DNA of 64,000 bases from Spirochaetota bacterium (GCA_050298055.1 JBNKTL010000013.1:30447-94446), one strand, 5' to 3'. Shown: positions 27,668 to 38,131, counted from the stretch's first letter. Notes: generated by a model not told the origin, from the sequence alone. Numbers and translations: made by a program.

Positions 27668-30076
27668 TTATTCTTTTTCTTCCTTATCTTCATCATCGTA
27701 ACCGGTAAGGCCTTCCTTTTCCATGTACCTCTCAATGACAGTCCTCATTTCGTAATGTTTTCCGTCACAGATTTTCCCTGTTCTGCCGCTTCCGGGAAGG
27801 CCATAACCTGAAGATATCTTTGTACAGTTCGGACCGGGCAGGAGGCCTGTATAGGCGCACACACCCTTTCCCACTACACCCGGGGGAATAACGGGAAAAA
27901 CGGGGTCTTTCATTCCGTTATATATCTCCCTCATATAGTTGCCCCAGATTGGAGCGGCTACCGATGAACCTGCCTGGTGCTTTCCCAGCGACATAAACTG
28001 TTTGTCATAACCGACCCAGACTACCGCCGCAACGTCACTGGTAAATCCGCAGAACCATGCGTCTGTCCAATTGGATGTTGTCCCGGTCTTTCCCGCGGCC
28101 CTTTTCGTGAATCTGGACTTGGTCCTCAAGGTAATTGATGCGGTTCCGTGGTTTACAACCTCCTCCATCAGTGTTCTCATGATGAAAGCGACCTGTTCGG
28201 ATATGACCTGGATGGAGCCGTTAAGCTCTTTCAGGGCAATGACTTTACCCACTTCTTCTTCAATATTCAGGATCTCATTGCCGTCCCTGTCCGTTACATA
28301 TCGTACGGCAAAGGGAATAACATCCCTTCCCCTGTTTGCGTATATCGCGTATGCCGTTGCTATCTCAAAGGGAGTCACCTCTGTTGAACCAAGTGCCAGT
28401 GACGGGTTGGGACTGAAACGTGACACGGGGATCTTCAGCATCTTGGCCCCATAATCGATTATCTTTTCGGGACCTACAATATCATAGATCCTTACGGATA
28501 TAATATTTATGGAATTGGCCAGCGCCCTCTTCACGGAAACCATCCCCCTGAAATCACCTTCATAGTTGCTCGGGGACCATGAATCTCCCTGGGCATCGAT
28601 GTCCATTATTGGAGCATCGGGAAGGACCGTTGCCGTGCTTATTCTCTTCGATTCAATTGCAGCTCCATAGACGAACGGCTTGAATGCCGAACCGGGCTGC
28701 CTCCGTGCCTGTACCGCCCTGTTATACTGGTTTGATACCTGGAACTCTGAACCTCCGATCATTGTGGTGATATAACCGGTCTTTGGTTCAATGGCCAGCA
28801 GCGCGCCCTCCACTTTCATTGATGTTGAAATTCCCGAAACAAGGGTCCTGAATGTTTCAAGAGAACTGTTTATCCCTGGACTGTCCACCAGGAGAGAGAG
28901 GATATCCGCAGAATCCACCATGGAATCTACCATTCTTTTCTTGAACTTGGTTGTAATATCATTCCTGATAATAACACCCGGCAGACTGAAGATCAGCCTC
29001 ATTGTATTATATGAACCTATGAGCCCTCTGTCAACAGCCTTGTTGTAGTATTCATTTGCAACCGAGGATATTTTGTTCTGTTCACTAATCCCTTCAGAGA
29101 GCTGTTTTACACCTATCTTCTGCCGCTTCAGATCAAGTGTTGTGTAGACCTTGAGACCTCCCCCGTATACTTCATCCTTACCAAACCGGGAAATGAGAAT
29201 CTGTCTCACATAGTCGGTAAAGTAGGGGGCGTTATCGATATTCTTCGATACTGCAGTTTTTGTGGGATACTCGGTTTTAATAGATTCAAGATACCCGGGC
29301 CAGAATTCCCGGAACAGCCTGTCTGCAAGTTGTTTCGGTAAAAATCCCGCATCAACCATCCTGTTGAAAGAGTCCCTGTTTTTATTATACGCTTCCTTAG
29401 GATACTTAAGAGGAGAGAAACCGCTCGGTTTTGACGGAAGAGCAGCCAAGAGCAGACTTTCTGTCACAGTCAGGTTCTTTACATCCTTGTCAAAGAAAAA
29501 CTCTGCTGCGGCTGAAATACCATGACATCCATGACCGAGATAAATCTGGTTGAGGTACATTTCAAGGATCTCATTTTTAGAGAACCGTTTTTCAATCTGA
29601 AATGCCAGAACCGCTTCCAGAGCTTTTCTGGCCACAGTCCTGTTACCCGAGGTAAAAAGTCTCTTTGCAAGCTGCTGTGTAATGGTGGAACCACCCTGTA
29701 CAACGGTCAGCCTGCCTCTTTTAACGGACGCAATCAGGTTCTTGAACATGGCCCGGGCAATTGAAACCGGGGCAATACCAAAATGATCATAGAAATCTCT
29801 GTCTTCAACAGCCAGGAAGGAATTTATCAGGCTTTGAGGAAGGTCCTCGAAAGAGACAAGGTCCCTCTTCTCCTGGAAGAGTTCCGCGATCAATTCCCCG
29901 TTAACATCGTAAAGCCTCGTGGGGATGCTGGGCTGGAACTTTTTCAGATTATCTATCCCGGAGTAATTTTTTATCTGGGCAGTTATATATCCAAAAATTG
30001 AACCGCCTGCTACAAGCAGGAGAGCAATGAGAACCAGTGCCGTTCTTTCAATAATTATTCTTTTTCTCTTGTTCAT
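27668..30076 (-). CDS. mrcA: Class A penicillin-binding protein (PBP1A family)
   Basis: Transglycosylase EDRDFYDH, QGGSTITQQL, YLNQIY; transpeptidase QPGSAFK, SIN, GKTGT; start taken at ATG 30076. Confidence 0.93.
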   Translation of the reverse strand: MNKRKRIIIERTALVLIALLLVAGGSIFGYITAQIKNYSGIDNLKKFQPSIPTRLYDVNGELIAELFQEKRDLVSFEDLPQSLINSFLAVEDRDFYDHFGIAPVSIARAMFKNLIASVKRGRLTVVQGGSTITQQLAKRLFTSGNRTVARKALEAVLAFQIEKRFSKNEILEMYLNQIYLGHGCHGISAAAEFFFDKDVKNLTVTESLLLAALPSKPSGFSPLKYPKEAYNKNRDSFNRMVDAGFLPKQLADRLFREFWPGYLESIKTEYPTKTAVSKNIDNAPYFTDYVRQILISRFGKDEVYGGGLKVYTTLDLKRQKIGVKQLSEGISEQNKISSVANEYYNKAVDRGLIGSYNTMRLIFSLPGVIIRNDITTKFKKRMVDSMVDSADILSLLVDSPGINSSLETFRTLVSGISTSMKVEGALLAIEPKTGYITTMIGGSEFQVSNQYNRAVQARRQPGSAFKPFVYGAAIESKRISTATVLPDAPIMDIDAQGDSWSPSNYEGDFRGMVSVKRALANSINIISVRIYDIVGPEKIIDYGAKMLKIPVSRFSPNPSLALGSTEVTPFEIATAYAIYANRGRDVIPFAVRYVTDRDGNEILNIEEEVGKVIALKELNGSIQVISEQVAFIMRTLMEEVVNHGTASITLRTKSRFTKRAAGKTGTTSNWTDAWFCGFTSDVAAVVWVGYDKQFMSLGKHQAGSSVAAPIWGNYMREIYNGMKDPVFPVIPPGVVGKGVCAYTGLLPGPNCTKISSGYGLPGSGRTGKICDGKHYEMRTVIERYMEKEGLTGYDDEDKEEKE

Positions 30077-30222
30077 TATTCGTAGATTATTCTCTCTGTT
30101 AAAATGACCTGAATTTCCCGTCAGCAAACTACAAATTTACAAAAAAATAAATAAACGGAAAATTATCAATAAAAAATCATTCAATTAATTAAATTTCGCA
30201 ACTAATAAACTCTATAGTAAGA

Positions 30223-30358
30223 ATAATCTTCATCAGCTATAAAATCATATCCATGAAAAAACATAACTGATATATCCCCGCCGCCCAGGGCGGCGGGGAT
30301 ATATTGTTTATATTTTAGTGTAAACAAGTCTATTTTGGTCATATAGCTGAATAGTTAC
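30223..30358. mobile_element. TIR + GC-hairpin miniature element, family 4, copy B
   Basis: TCAGCTAT ... ATATCCCCGCCGCC-cag-GGCGGCGGGGATAT ... ATAGCTGAATAGTTAC. Confidence 0.75.
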
Positions 30359-30366
30359 TTTTCATC

Positions 30367-30573
30367 TTATTCTTGGCCTTTCACAAGTCTTATGATGTAA
30401 ACCAGAAGAAAGAGTGCAGCAAGTCCGATCAATGCCCAGATGATAACAGAAAAAAGTGCACCGACCACAAAACCGAGTAATTTCAGCAGAAAGGGAAGTA
30501 CATACGCAAGAAATATATAGAGGGCCGCAATTGCTCCAAGAAGGTATATGACCTTTTTTATCGTTTCATTCAT
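30367..30573 (-). CDS. Small hydrophobic membrane protein
   Basis: 68 aa, two TM segments, GGAG RBS upstream. Confidence 0.7.
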   Translation of the reverse strand: MNETIKKVIYLLGAIAALYIFLAYVLPFLLKLLGFVVGALFSVIIWALIGLAALFLLVYIIRLVKGQE

Positions 30574-30793
30574 ATTCTTGCTCCAGTTTCTCTCTTAATA
30601 AAAACACTGTTTGTTACTACTCAGCAATGCTTAAATAAGCATATTCATCGAAAACATAACGGTTAATATTTATTCTAAATAAATTATTCTCGTCATAGAG
30701 CTGAGCAAATATTATTAATTATTCAAAAATATATCAGAAAAACTCTCTTTCCCCATAATTTACTTATGTAATAAAAAGAATTATCAAGTCTAG

Positions 30794-30893
30794 TGCTGAG
30801 CCCGCGTGATTTTGTACTAATCTGTTTTTGTAACCCCTGGTTCATTAAGTGGTTATATTTTTATAATGAGTTAAAAATCACGCAGTCGAAGTA
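30794..30893 (-). mobile_element. ~100-bp MITE-like element, family 1, copy 2, flanked by CTAG on both sides
   Basis: Reverse complement matches 303-401 over its length; CTAG at 30790-30793 and 30894-30897. Confidence 0.78.
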
Positions 30894-32027
30894 CTAGGGA
30901 CGTTCCGTAACCTTAACATTAAGGTTAACAACTCTCCTGTCCCTCCATACCGAGACCCTGACTGTTTTCCCAATTGGGGTCTCTCCGATTTTATTGAGCA
31001 GATCACGATATCCTTTTATCTTCTTCCCGTCAAGTTTAAGGATGACATCCCCCACACGGATTCCTCCTCTCTCTGCAGGGCTGCCTGATATTATCTCTCC
31101 CACAAGAGTACCGTCCGTAGAATCGAGACCAAGCTGTTTCGCATACTTCTCATTCAGCTCAATAATCGTAATACCGAAATATCCTCTTTTGACCTTTCCA
31201 AATTTTTTCAGCTGGTTAAGTATTGAATGGGCAATATTGATCGGTATTGCGAACCCTATACCCATATATCCTCCGCTCTTTGAGTAAATCATCCTGTTTA
31301 TTCCGATAACTTCTCCATATATATTGATCAACGGCCCACCCGAATTTCCCGGATTAATAGAAGCATCTGTCTGTAAATGAGACCCGCCCATCATATCAAC
31401 ATCGTTCCTGCCAATGGCGCTTATGACACCCACGGTAAAAGTCCTGTCCAGACCGAAGGGATTTCCAATTGCTACCGCCCAGTCACCTACCATGACATCA
31501 TCGGAGTTTCCGAAATATGCGGGTTTCAGTTCAGCATTTGATTTTATCTTTATCAGGGCAACATCTGTCCTCTCATCGGAACCTATCACTGTGGCCTCAA
31601 AATGTTTGTCGTTTATTTTTACAAAGACCTTATCAACACCGCTTACAACATGGTGATTTGTGCATATGTAACCATCCTTTGATATGACAAAACCGGTACC
31701 CAGCCCTGTACGTTTCTGAACACGGGACCCACTTCGTCTGCCGAAGAACTCCCTGAAAAAGGGATCATTAATATATGGATGAGAAGGGACCCTTACAAGC
31801 TGTTCTGTTGTAATGAATACCACACTATCCTTGTATAGGGTGAAAATTTCCCTGAAGGTATTCTGTATCTCCTCAGCCTTGACTGTTTTCTCACTTCCTT
31901 TTAACGGTGAACTATTGCTGTTACCAAATACGCCTGAAAAATCATGCCTCTGGCAGGAAAACTGGTTGCCGAAGAAAAATGCCGATACAAGGAGAATAAC
32001 AATAATGGGATAGGCCTGTTTTTTCAT
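30894..32027 (-). CDS. htrA: HtrA/DegP-family serine protease with PDZ domain
   Basis: TNHHVV, TDVALIK, AIGNPFGL, QTDASINPGNSGGPL; one PDZ. Confidence 0.95.
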   Translation of the reverse strand: MKKQAYPIIVILLVSAFFFGNQFSCQRHDFSGVFGNSNSSPLKGSEKTVKAEEIQNTFREIFTLYKDSVVFITTEQLVRVPSHPYINDPFFREFFGRRSGSRVQKRTGLGTGFVISKDGYICTNHHVVSGVDKVFVKINDKHFEATVIGSDERTDVALIKIKSNAELKPAYFGNSDDVMVGDWAVAIGNPFGLDRTFTVGVISAIGRNDVDMMGGSHLQTDASINPGNSGGPLINIYGEVIGINRMIYSKSGGYMGIGFAIPINIAHSILNQLKKFGKVKRGYFGITIIELNEKYAKQLGLDSTDGTLVGEIISGSPAERGGIRVGDVILKLDGKKIKGYRDLLNKIGETPIGKTVRVSVWRDRRVVNLNVKVTERP

Positions 32028-32066
32028 GACATAACTCCAAATAATTTTAGGTTTAAAAGTCTTTTT

Positions 32067-32267
32067 TTACTCAAAAGGATGTTTTTTATATCGCATTTCA
32101 CTTTTTTTTTCTTTCTCTATCTCTTCCCTGAAAATATATTTATCATTGAGCGAACCATCAAGATTGAAATTCTTTATATCAATACGGTTCGGTTTGGTAT
32201 CTTCACTACAGCATGCAAAATTTATCGTAGTGAATAAAAGGATTTGAAATAACAGGAAGAGTTTCAT
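32067..32267 (-). CDS. Small putative lipoprotein
   Basis: 66 aa with hydrophobic N-terminus and FACC; co-oriented between dtd and htrA. Confidence 0.45.
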   Translation of the reverse strand: MKLFLLFQILLFTTINFACCSEDTKPNRIDIKNFNLDGSLNDKYIFREEIEKEKKSEMRYKKHPFE

Positions 32268-32326
32268 AATCAGTTTATTCCATAAATATACAAACAGAGA
32301 GGGATTGAAGTTCTCCTATAAGATTA

Positions 32327-32776
32327 TTAAAAAACCTTTTTGCTGTCAATCAATATAGTGACCGGGCCGTCATTAATTAATCTGACTTTCATATCAGCAC
32401 CAAAAAGTCCCGTTTTTACACCGGGAAATTTGACTTTAAAGTGATCAATGAATTCCACAAAAAAATGCTCCGCTTTATGGGGCGGCATGGCACCGGCATA
32501 GGAGGGTCTGTTCCCCTTATGGGCATTTCCATACAGGGTAAATTGCGATACGAGAAGAACCTCTCCCCCCGTGTCTTTAAGAGAGAGGTTCATTATACCG
32601 TTACTGTCGTTGAAAATCCTGAGATTTATGATCTTATTGGTCATATAGTCCCTGTCTTTTTCTGTATCTTCGGGATGCAGTCCAATAAGCACAAGAAGTC
32701 CTTCTCTTATTTCTGACATAGTGCTTCCGCTTACATCAACGGCAGCACTTTTTACTCTTTGGATTACAGCTCGCAT
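32327..32776 (-). CDS. dtd: D-aminoacyl-tRNA deacylase
   Basis: MRAVIQRV, SQFTL, GNRPSY, NDGPVT. Confidence 0.96.
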   Translation of the reverse strand: MRAVIQRVKSAAVDVSGSTMSEIREGLLVLIGLHPEDTEKDRDYMTNKIINLRIFNDSNGIMNLSLKDTGGEVLLVSQFTLYGNAHKGNRPSYAGAMPPHKAEHFFVEFIDHFKVKFPGVKTGLFGADMKVRLINDGPVTILIDSKKVF

Positions 32777-32789
32777 TTTCAGCGAGATA

Positions 32790-33104
32790 CTACTTAAGTT
32801 TTTCTCTTAATACGTCTTCAGGCTGTACTCCGACAAATCTCTCCTGCTCTTTTCCGTCCTTGAAAAGTATAAGTGTGGGTATTGACACAATCCCCATCTT
32901 CTGGGCAATGGACGGGTTGTCATCTGTATTCAGCTTGGCGATTTTTACATCTATGCTATTATCCCCAGAAAGCTTCTCAAGTATCGGTGTCTGCATTCTG
33001 CAGGGCCCGCACCAGGGAGCCCAGAAATCCACAAGGACCCTCCCTTCAGCGTTCACTACGTCAGTATCAAAATTGTCATTGGTTAATTCAATAATTGAAC
33101 TCAT
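32790..33104 (-). CDS. trxA: Thioredoxin
   Basis: VDFWAPWCGPC, SIPTL. Confidence 0.97.
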   Translation of the reverse strand: MSSIIELTNDNFDTDVVNAEGRVLVDFWAPWCGPCRMQTPILEKLSGDNSIDVKIAKLNTDDNPSIAQKMGIVSIPTLILFKDGKEQERFVGVQPEDVLREKLK

Positions 33105-33113
33105 ACATCTCTC

Positions 33114-33806
33114 CTATTGTTTTAAAAAGTCTTTCCCTCTGGATCGTCTGATATAATACTTTTCGATATCATCAATTTTATCATGTACTAATTCAGAATC
33201 ATTAATTATTTTTTCAATGATTTTTTTCGATTTTCTATCCAGTATACTCAGTTTCATGGAATCGATTTTTCCGTTCCTGTACCTGAGGTAAAAATGCCCG
33301 ATTTGCATCGGTTTCCCTGTCCCCGGATTAACTTCGTATTCAATTATTCTCCGGGTATTGAGTTTCCCATCGCTGTATTCATACTGATCGAGGCCAAATA
33401 TGATAATCTTGTTCAGGGACTTTTCACGTTCGTAGTATTCAATACGAATCTGTTTGTTATTTGTATAGTAGTATTTAATCATACCCGTATTTAACCGCTT
33501 TTCATTTTTAAAGATAAAGAATGAAAGCTTTACCAGGTTGTTAGCCTCAAAAGAGTATTCTTCTTCTTTGTAAGGGACGAGCCTGTTCCCGGACCTGATC
33601 TTATAAATTATCCGGGATGGATTGTGCGAATTTCCGTAATACTTAATTTCTTCGGATTTGCTGATAAGATTTCCTTTGTAATAGAAAACGCTTGAAACCC
33701 TGTCAAGGTTGTCCTTTTTTTCAAAAACCCTGATTTTCATGCCTGAGCAGTTAACAAATACGAACAGGGAAAACAATATGGTTAATTTCAGAAAATTCAC
33801 AATCAC
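33114..33806 (-). CDS. Hypothetical lipoprotein
   Basis: Hydrophobic leader with FVNC lipobox-like site; 230-aa ORF. Confidence 0.7.
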   Translation of the reverse strand: MIVNFLKLTILFSLFVFVNCSGMKIRVFEKKDNLDRVSSVFYYKGNLISKSEEIKYYGNSHNPSRIIYKIRSGNRLVPYKEEEYSFEANNLVKLSFFIFKNEKRLNTGMIKYYYTNNKQIRIEYYEREKSLNKIIIFGLDQYEYSDGKLNTRRIIEYEVNPGTGKPMQIGHFYLRYRNGKIDSMKLSILDRKSKKIIEKIINDSELVHDKIDDIEKYYIRRSRGKDFLKQ

Positions 33807-33881
33807 TCCTCAGAATTTGAACAAGCTATAATATTACCCTGAACTTGACAAGGATTTTACTTTATTTTATGGCATGAGAAT

Positions 33882-34030
33882 ATACAGATCATTTTGTCAC
33901 TGCCCTCCTCATGACAGATCGAATTTAATACATTTCCGTCTCATTCTCTGAGAATTTACATTTTAAATAAATACATTTAAAAAAACAAAACTTATATCTC
34001 CCCTCCCCCTGCGGCGGCGGAGACATATTG
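33882..34030. repeat. Degenerate remnants of a family 2 end (33882-33917) and a family 4 hairpin (33993-34030)
   Basis: ATACAGATCATTTTGTCAC...CTCCTCATGACAG; ATATCTCCCC...GGCGGCGGAGACATAT. Confidence 0.55.
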
Positions 34031-34165
34031 TAAATATTTATGTAAATATGATTTTCTTATTTTACCTTTATAGAAATAATAAAAAACTGCCGATAATTTA
34101 TTATATTATTACGAGTAGAAAAAAATTATCTTTGATATTATCAACATCACTGTACAGGTGTTAAA

Positions 34166-34741
34166 ATGAAAAAATACGCTATTTTCGCCATAATCATCTT
34201 TTCCGCGTGTCATCTCTTTTCACAAAATGTGAAGAAGGATACAAAAGATGCAAAAGAAAAGAGAACTGAAAAAAAACAGCTTCCCGATGGTTTTGACAGC
34301 ATTAAGTGGGGAACCACGCTCAGTGATGCCAAAAAAAATATCAGAGGAAAGATCTATTTTACCGATGACAGGGAAATCATCATTACAAAAGACGGGGAAC
34401 TGGAATACAAATATGGGTTTTTCTTTGATGGCAAAGGAACAGAGGGTAAGTTTTTTTATCTTGCGGTCAGTTTTCCCTACCTGGCATTCAAAGATACCAG
34501 GGAAAAATTGGAAATGAACTATGGATCTCCCACAGCTGAAAATATCAATAAAAACCAGGGATCTATCGCGTGGGACTCGGAGAAGACGATAATAATCCTT
34601 CAGGTTGACAGGTATGAGAAGAAACCTTATACCAAGAGAATTGTCTATGTGAGCAAAGAAATTATTAAGGAAGTCAATGAATTCCAGACATCAATTTTTA
34701 ATAAAGCTGAAATTGAAACAATCAAAAAGATGAAGCCCTGA
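34166..34741 (+). CDS. Hypothetical exported protein
   Basis: Signal peptide; GFDSIKWG and YGSP motifs; 191 aa. Confidence 0.75.
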   Translation: MKKYAIFAIIIFSACHLFSQNVKKDTKDAKEKRTEKKQLPDGFDSIKWGTTLSDAKKNIRGKIYFTDDREIIITKDGELEYKYGFFFDGKGTEGKFFYLAVSFPYLAFKDTREKLEMNYGSPTAENINKNQGSIAWDSEKTIIILQVDRYEKKPYTKRIVYVSKEIIKEVNEFQTSIFNKAEIETIKKMKP

Positions 34742-34756
34742 TTCTTCTGAAAAGCC

Positions 34757-37700
34757 TCATTTCATCGAGAGAAAAACCGGGATAACTCCTATGCCCTCAC
34801 CAAGCCCGTCAAGAGCTTTCCCAATCACAGTTCCAACTTTATTAAAAGAGTCAATATCACCCGCCATTCCACAGCCGGGTGTATTTGATGTTACGATGAG
34901 ATCTCCCGGCGTTACAGGCCTGTTCCTCGCATCAACCTTACACATAACCTTACCCGCCAGCGCAACCGGGTAAAGTTTTTCTTTCTTTCCTGAATTATTC
35001 ATGATAAGAGCCGGGTTCCCTGCTACCACACCTATAACTCTTCTGTCATATTCATTTCTCGAATGTGAAAGAACAGAATTTCCCGTTTCACTGACTATAA
35101 GCAGATCACCGGAAGAGATAAATTCTTCATTATCAATTTCAAACATCTCCACAATAGACCCTGATAAAAGTTTGTCATCCCGGCTGTTAAGATAGATCTC
35201 CCCGTTAATGACAGTTTTACCGTTAACAAGAAGAGCATCTCCGTTTCCCATGAGATTTACATTTTTCTCATAATCACCGATTTTTCCGTATCCGTCAGCT
35301 ACAAGAGAGTAACTGTGTTCACTGGAAAAAACTCCCCCCGGGCCGAACCTCGATATCCCCAGGACACCGCACCCCCTGGTCTTTTCTCCGCCGGGAGATT
35401 CCCCCCTGACGCCAATATGCCTGCTGTAACCCACGACCCCGTATGACTTGATCTCCTTATCCGTTGACACCCCCGCCACACCGCTGATTCCCACGGAACC
35501 GTCTTTGTCAGAATCATTTACTCCCTGTATTATTGACGAGTTTTCCGGCGGCGGAACAATCTCGCCGAATATTTCACTCCTGGATTCCTTTATGGAGAGT
35601 GTTCCCGAATGACTGTTGAAGTCATGATCAAGAGGAGCGTAATCATGGTCATGAGGGAGCGGTTCTCTGGAATCAGACAGCCGGGAATCATCAGCCAGGA
35701 CCGCAGCATTCTTTACTTTCTTTCCGTTTTGAGCAAAGGTAACAATTCCAAAACTCCCGGTTGATGCTTTTTTCAGCCTTTTGTCATTTCCCTGGACAGC
35801 CACTCCTTCACTCTCTTCACCATCCTCGGCAAGTTCTACAATGCCTTTATATGTGGTTGTGGCATCCCTGAGCCTTTTATCATTTCCCTGGACGGCAACT
35901 CCTTCACTCTCCTCACCATCCTCGGCAAGTTCCACAATACCCTTTGTTGTGGTTGTGGCATCCTTTAACCTTTTATCATTACCCTGGACTGCCGCAAGCT
36001 GACTTGTCTCACCATTTGATGCAAACCTGATTATTCCTTTTGCCTTTTCGCTTGCGTCCCTGAGCCTGTGATCATCACCCTGGACAGCCACACCTGACTT
36101 AACCTCGCCGTTTTCCGCAAGTTCCACGATACCCTTTGAACCCACTGTGGCGTCCTTGAGCCTGCTGTCATTTCCCTGGACAGCCACACCTTCACCGGTC
36201 TCACCGTCTTCCGCAAGTTCAACGATGCCTTTGAATGTGGTGGTGGCATCCTTTAACCTTTTGTCATTACCCTGAACAGCAGTAAACGGCTCTTCCTCCC
36301 CGTCCCGGGCAAACCTTAAGATCCCCCGGGAAACTTCCGTTGCATCTTTGAGCCTGCTGTCATTTCCCTGGACAACAGTCCCCGGCATATCTTCACCGTC
36401 TTCCGCAAGTTCCACGATACCCTTTGAACCCACTGTGGCGTCCTTGAGCCTGTTATCATCACTCTGTACCACAACACCGGGTTTAACTTCACCATTCTCG
36501 GCAAGTTCCACAATACCCTTTGAGCCGGTTGTGGCGTCTTTCAGTCTTCGATCACTGCCCTGGACCACAGTTTCCGGCGTATCCTCGCCATCCTCGGCAA
36601 GTTCAATAATCCCTTTTGAATGAGTTGTTGCGTTCTTAAGCCGTTTATCATTCCCCTGGACAGCTGTTCCCGGATTCTCCTCTCCATCCTCGGCAAGCTT
36701 CACTATCCCGGGAAATTGAGTGGTGGCATTTCGAAGCCTTCTGTCATTCCCCTGTACAACAGTTCCCGGATCATTCCCGCCGTCCCGTGCCAGCCTGCAT
36801 ATCCCGTAATCATTTTCTCCCGCTTTCTTTAACCGTCTGTCACTTCCCCGGACAACACCATAAATTGACTCATCCCCATCCGGACAGAGCTTAACAATTC
36901 CAAAACTCTCTTCCGTTGCTTCCTGCAGTCTCGAATCGCTCCCCTGTACCGCCGTTCCCTGCTTGTTCTCTCTGTCATAGGCAAACCTGACAATGCCCGG
37001 CTTCTCATCAGTTGCTTCTTTCAACCGGGAATCCGACGCCTGAACCACAAGACCTTCCGTTTCATCGCTGTCACCTGCAAGCTGCACGATTCCCTTAAAA
37101 ACCGTGGTGGCGCATCTCAGCCTCCTGTCACTCCCCTGTACCACAGCTGCCGACGAATCATCACCATCCTTTGCAAGCCTGACTATACCCGACTGAAAAA
37201 TAGACGCATAGGGAACAAGGTCCCCCACATTATGGGTATGTGACGGATTGGGCACCGCGGAAAATATCCTGATCTCTGAAACCTTCACAGAGTATTTATC
37301 ACTGTTATTCTTTACGCTGTCCGTATCAATCCTTATATACCTGGCCGGTGTAATATCAAAGTCCCAAAAATATTTCTGGTTTTTTTCGGATTTAAAGCCC
37401 TTCTCTTCAAAGAGCCGTATCCACACGTTCCTGTCCGTACTTGTATCAAAAGTGAAATTTTCGGGAAAACCCGAATCTGCCGAACCGAGGATTATTCTGT
37501 TAATATGTTCAACCTTTCCAAGATCAATACTTAAATATTCCCTTGACGCCGATGATTTTTCCTCCGATTCCCAGAATGTGTCCATATTGTTATCGACCAG
37601 GTTCTCCGGCCTGCTGTCACCTGACGAACTGCTTGATGCTATCTCGCTGATGCCGGAAATGCCCACATTGCACCGTGCAATCTCAGAGTAGTAGAGGGAA

Positions 37701-38086
37701 TTGTTCCTGTTGTGGTCCGTTATCAGAAGTTTCAGATAGCGTATACTGTTAAGAGGAATATCAAGGACATAACTTTCACCGTCCAGGGAAAAGTCTTTCT
37801 CGGTATGAATGACCTTCCAGAAATCACCGTTTATGCTGGACTCAATTCGAAAACCCCGGGGAAAAAAAGAAGCACCTTTTTCAGAGGGAACAATCTCAAT
37901 AAAATCAATCAGTTTAATATTCTGCAGGTCCAGGACAAAGAACTCCATCCGGTTATCATCATTTTTCCCGGTACTCCAGATCCCTTCCTCCTTCAACAGG
38001 TTGTGGACGGAACATTCACTGTCTCGTTCACTGGAGAAATCTGAGATCTTTCCCGTAAATATTTTTTCATGGCTGATATTCATCAC
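34757..38086 (-). CDS. Large protein: two F5/8 type C (discoidin)-like domains, 16 x 32-aa tail-fibre-like repeats and a conserved C-terminal domain
   Basis: FPRGFRIESS..G..W and PENLVDNNMDTFW...IDLG...ARYIRI; repeats LKDATxxxKGIVELAEDGE..G.AVQGND.R; C-terminal PVALAGKV.CKVD...PGDLIVTS..PG...VIGKAL. Confidence 0.85.
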   Translation of the reverse strand: MMNISHEKIFTGKISDFSSERDSECSVHNLLKEEGIWSTGKNDDNRMEFFVLDLQNIKLIDFIEIVPSEKGASFFPRGFRIESSINGDFWKVIHTEKDFSLDGESYVLDIPLNSIRYLKLLITDHNRNNSLYYSEIARCNVGISGISEIASSSSSGDSRPENLVDNNMDTFWESEEKSSASREYLSIDLGKVEHINRIILGSADSGFPENFTFDTSTDRNVWIRLFEEKGFKSEKNQKYFWDFDITPARYIRIDTDSVKNNSDKYSVKVSEIRIFSAVPNPSHTHNVGDLVPYASIFQSGIVRLAKDGDDSSAAVVQGSDRRLRCATTVFKGIVQLAGDSDETEGLVVQASDSRLKEATDEKPGIVRFAYDRENKQGTAVQGSDSRLQEATEESFGIVKLCPDGDESIYGVVRGSDRRLKKAGENDYGICRLARDGGNDPGTVVQGNDRRLRNATTQFPGIVKLAEDGEENPGTAVQGNDKRLKNATTHSKGIIELAEDGEDTPETVVQGSDRRLKDATTGSKGIVELAENGEVKPGVVVQSDDNRLKDATVGSKGIVELAEDGEDMPGTVVQGNDSRLKDATEVSRGILRFARDGEEEPFTAVQGNDKRLKDATTTFKGIVELAEDGETGEGVAVQGNDSRLKDATVGSKGIVELAENGEVKSGVAVQGDDHRLRDASEKAKGIIRFASNGETSQLAAVQGNDKRLKDATTTTKGIVELAEDGEESEGVAVQGNDKRLRDATTTYKGIVELAEDGEESEGVAVQGNDKRLKKASTGSFGIVTFAQNGKKVKNAAVLADDSRLSDSREPLPHDHDYAPLDHDFNSHSGTLSIKESRSEIFGEIVPPPENSSIIQGVNDSDKDGSVGISGVAGVSTDKEIKSYGVVGYSRHIGVRGESPGGEKTRGCGVLGISRFGPGGVFSSEHSYSLVADGYGKIGDYEKNVNLMGNGDALLVNGKTVINGEIYLNSRDDKLLSGSIVEMFEIDNEEFISSGDLLIVSETGNSVLSHSRNEYDRRVIGVVAGNPALIMNNSGKKEKLYPVALAGKVMCKVDARNRPVTPGDLIVTSNTPGCGMAGDIDSFNKVGTVIGKALDGLGEGIGVIPVFLSMK

Positions 38087-38131
38087 TCACTCCTGATCAA
38101 AAAAACTGAATTTTGAGTTGTTATCTTATTC

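Noticed and set aside
34069..34096. Sigma28 promoter (GCCGATAA) upstream of the 34166 gene
   Set aside because: The -10 is perfect but there is no properly spaced TAAA -35; unsupported without TSS data
35680..37220. Possible CRISPR array or DGR from 96-bp periodic repeats
   Set aside because: The repeats are in-frame protein-coding units with synonymous variation and no unique spacers; no cas or reverse transcriptase genes are present
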